NCBI GenBank assembly: GCA_964291625.2
Contig: OZ220090.1
Span: 800,001-864,000 of the forward strand
Direction of reading: 5' to 3'
Origin: Candidatus Latescibacterota bacterium
GTDB taxonomy: Bacteria > Latescibacterota > UBA2968 > UBA8231
DNA length: 64,000 nt
The first letter of the stretch is position 1. Each line of letters begins with the position of its first letter. The notes below the pieces were generated by a model. It ran no database searches and was not told where the DNA came from. It was given only the letters and a program-made list of their open reading frames with translations. The position numbers and the translations under genes are program-made. Of this stretch, positions 62,869 through 64,000 are shown one piece after another.

Positions 62869-64000
62869 TGACCGATCCCGCCCTCAACCGCACGCGCTCG
62901 GCGCCGGGACGGCTGGAGCTGAGCGTCGGCCCCGGCGGCGACCTGGAGGGCCGCGACGACCGGGTGCTGCAGGCCGGCGCCGACTACCTGGCGCGCCTCG
63001 GCGGCGGGGTGCTGCGGGTCCTGCCCGCCACCTACCAGATGCGCAACGCCCTCTACCTGCGGCCGGGGGTGAGCCTGCGCGGCGCCGGCGAGGCCACGGT
63101 GCTGCGCAAGACAGCGAGCGGCTCCACCCCCCTGAGGCGCGACTCCGACTGGTACGAGAACCGGGTCACCGTCGAGGACCCCTCCCCCTTCCGGCCCGGG
63201 TACGGCATCATGCTGCGCTCGTACGACGACGGCGGCAGCCTGCGCGAGGTGGTGCGCGACACCGTGGTCGACGTGGACGGGTCCGAGCTGACCCTCTCGC
63301 GGCGGCTGCTGAAGAACTACTGGCTCGAGAACCGGGCCACGGCGGCTACCCTCTTCCCCATCGTCACCGCCGAGGAGGGGGTCTGCGACGTCACCGTGGA
63401 GGACGTGGTTCTCGACGGCAACCTCGACGAGAACGAGGAGATCAACGGCAACTACGCCGGCGCCGTCTTCATCCAGCAGTGCCACCGCTGGAGCTTCCGC
63501 GGCGTCACCGCCCGCGGCTACCACGGCGACGGATTCAGCTTCCAGGTCTGCGACGACGTGAGCTTCGAGGACTGCCGCTCCCTCGACAACGCCAACCTCG
63601 GCTTCCACCCCGGATCCGGGTCGCAGCGGCCCCTCTTCCGCAACTGCGAGGCCCGGGGCAACGCCCAGGGGATCTTCTTCTGCTGGGGGGTCACCGACGG
63701 CCGGGTCGAGGGCTGCACCAGCAGCGACAACCGCGACTACGGCATCAGCATCGGCCACCGCGACACCGACAACCGGCTGACGGGCACCCTCTTCGAGGGC
63801 AATCACCGCGTCGGCCTGCTCTTCCGCGAGGGCTCCTCCGGGTACCGCGGCGGCCACCGCAACCTCGTAGAGGAGTGCCGGTTCGTCGACAACGGCTTCG
63901 CCGCCGAGGGCGTGGCCGTGGACATTCGCGGCGAAACCCTCGACACCGGGATCCGGGACTGCCGCTTCGAGGCGGGGGCGGAGGGACGCCAGCGCATCGG
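62868..64000 (+). CDS. right-handed parallel beta-helix repeat protein (pectate-lyase-3-like), truncated by window end
   Basis: Manual translation: LQAGADYLARLGGGVLRVLPATY…LRGAG; repeated NosD-like motifs (GDGFSFQ, GFHPGSG, GIFFCWG, GISIGH). TGATG coupling. Confidence 0.75.
   Translation, partial: MTDPALNRTRSAPGRLELSVGPGGDLEGRDDRVLQAGADYLARLGGGVLRVLPATYQMRNALYLRPGVSLRGAGEATVLRKTASGSTPLRRDSDWYENRVTVEDPSPFRPGYGIMLRSYDDGGSLREVVRDTVVDVDGSELTLSRRLLKNYWLENRATAATLFPIVTAEEGVCDVTVEDVVLDGNLDENEEINGNYAGAVFIQQCHRWSFRGVTARGYHGDGFSFQVCDDVSFEDCRSLDNANLGFHPGSGSQRPLFRNCEARGNAQGIFFCWGVTDGRVEGCTSSDNRDYGISIGHRDTDNRLTGTLFEGNHRVGLLFREGSSGYRGGHRNLVEECRFVDNGFAAEGVAVDIRGETLDTGIRDCRFEAGAEGRQRI

Overview
A 64 kb stretch of high-GC (roughly 70% by eye) bacterial chromosome with about 57 densely packed genes and one tRNA-Thr(UGU). 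I found no CRISPR array, integrase, transposase or prophage. LptE and several lipoproteins indicate a diderm; an FCB-type (Gemmatimonadota/Latescibacterota-like) origin is only an impression. Housekeeping genes include galU, uvrB, dnaK, pgi, gnd, aroA, dsbD, rarA, gdhA, ctpA, lipA, mnmG, adk and a dus homologue. The most notable content is a corrinoid (B12) methyl-transfer operon at 46.1-52.0 kb. It encodes an uncharacterised protein with a duplicated F-x-C-G-x-x-H motif, an MtaA/CmuA-family Zn methyltransferase, a corrinoid protein, a small 4-Cys protein, a RACo/ASKHA activator, a stand-alone homocysteine methyltransferase and a 'Virulence_fact'-type small protein. A folate:corrinoid methyltransferase (59.2-60.3 kb) and a core-only MetE (22.7-23.7 kb) lie elsewhere in the window. 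Together these suggest an undescribed methyl-capture / split methionine-synthase system for an unknown methyl donor. Other points: a sigma54-type promoter in front of a solo dnaK, a siroheme reductase with Cys sets in both repeats plus an unknown partner, and several apparent frameshifts (likely sequencing error, plus one decayed phosphotransferase).
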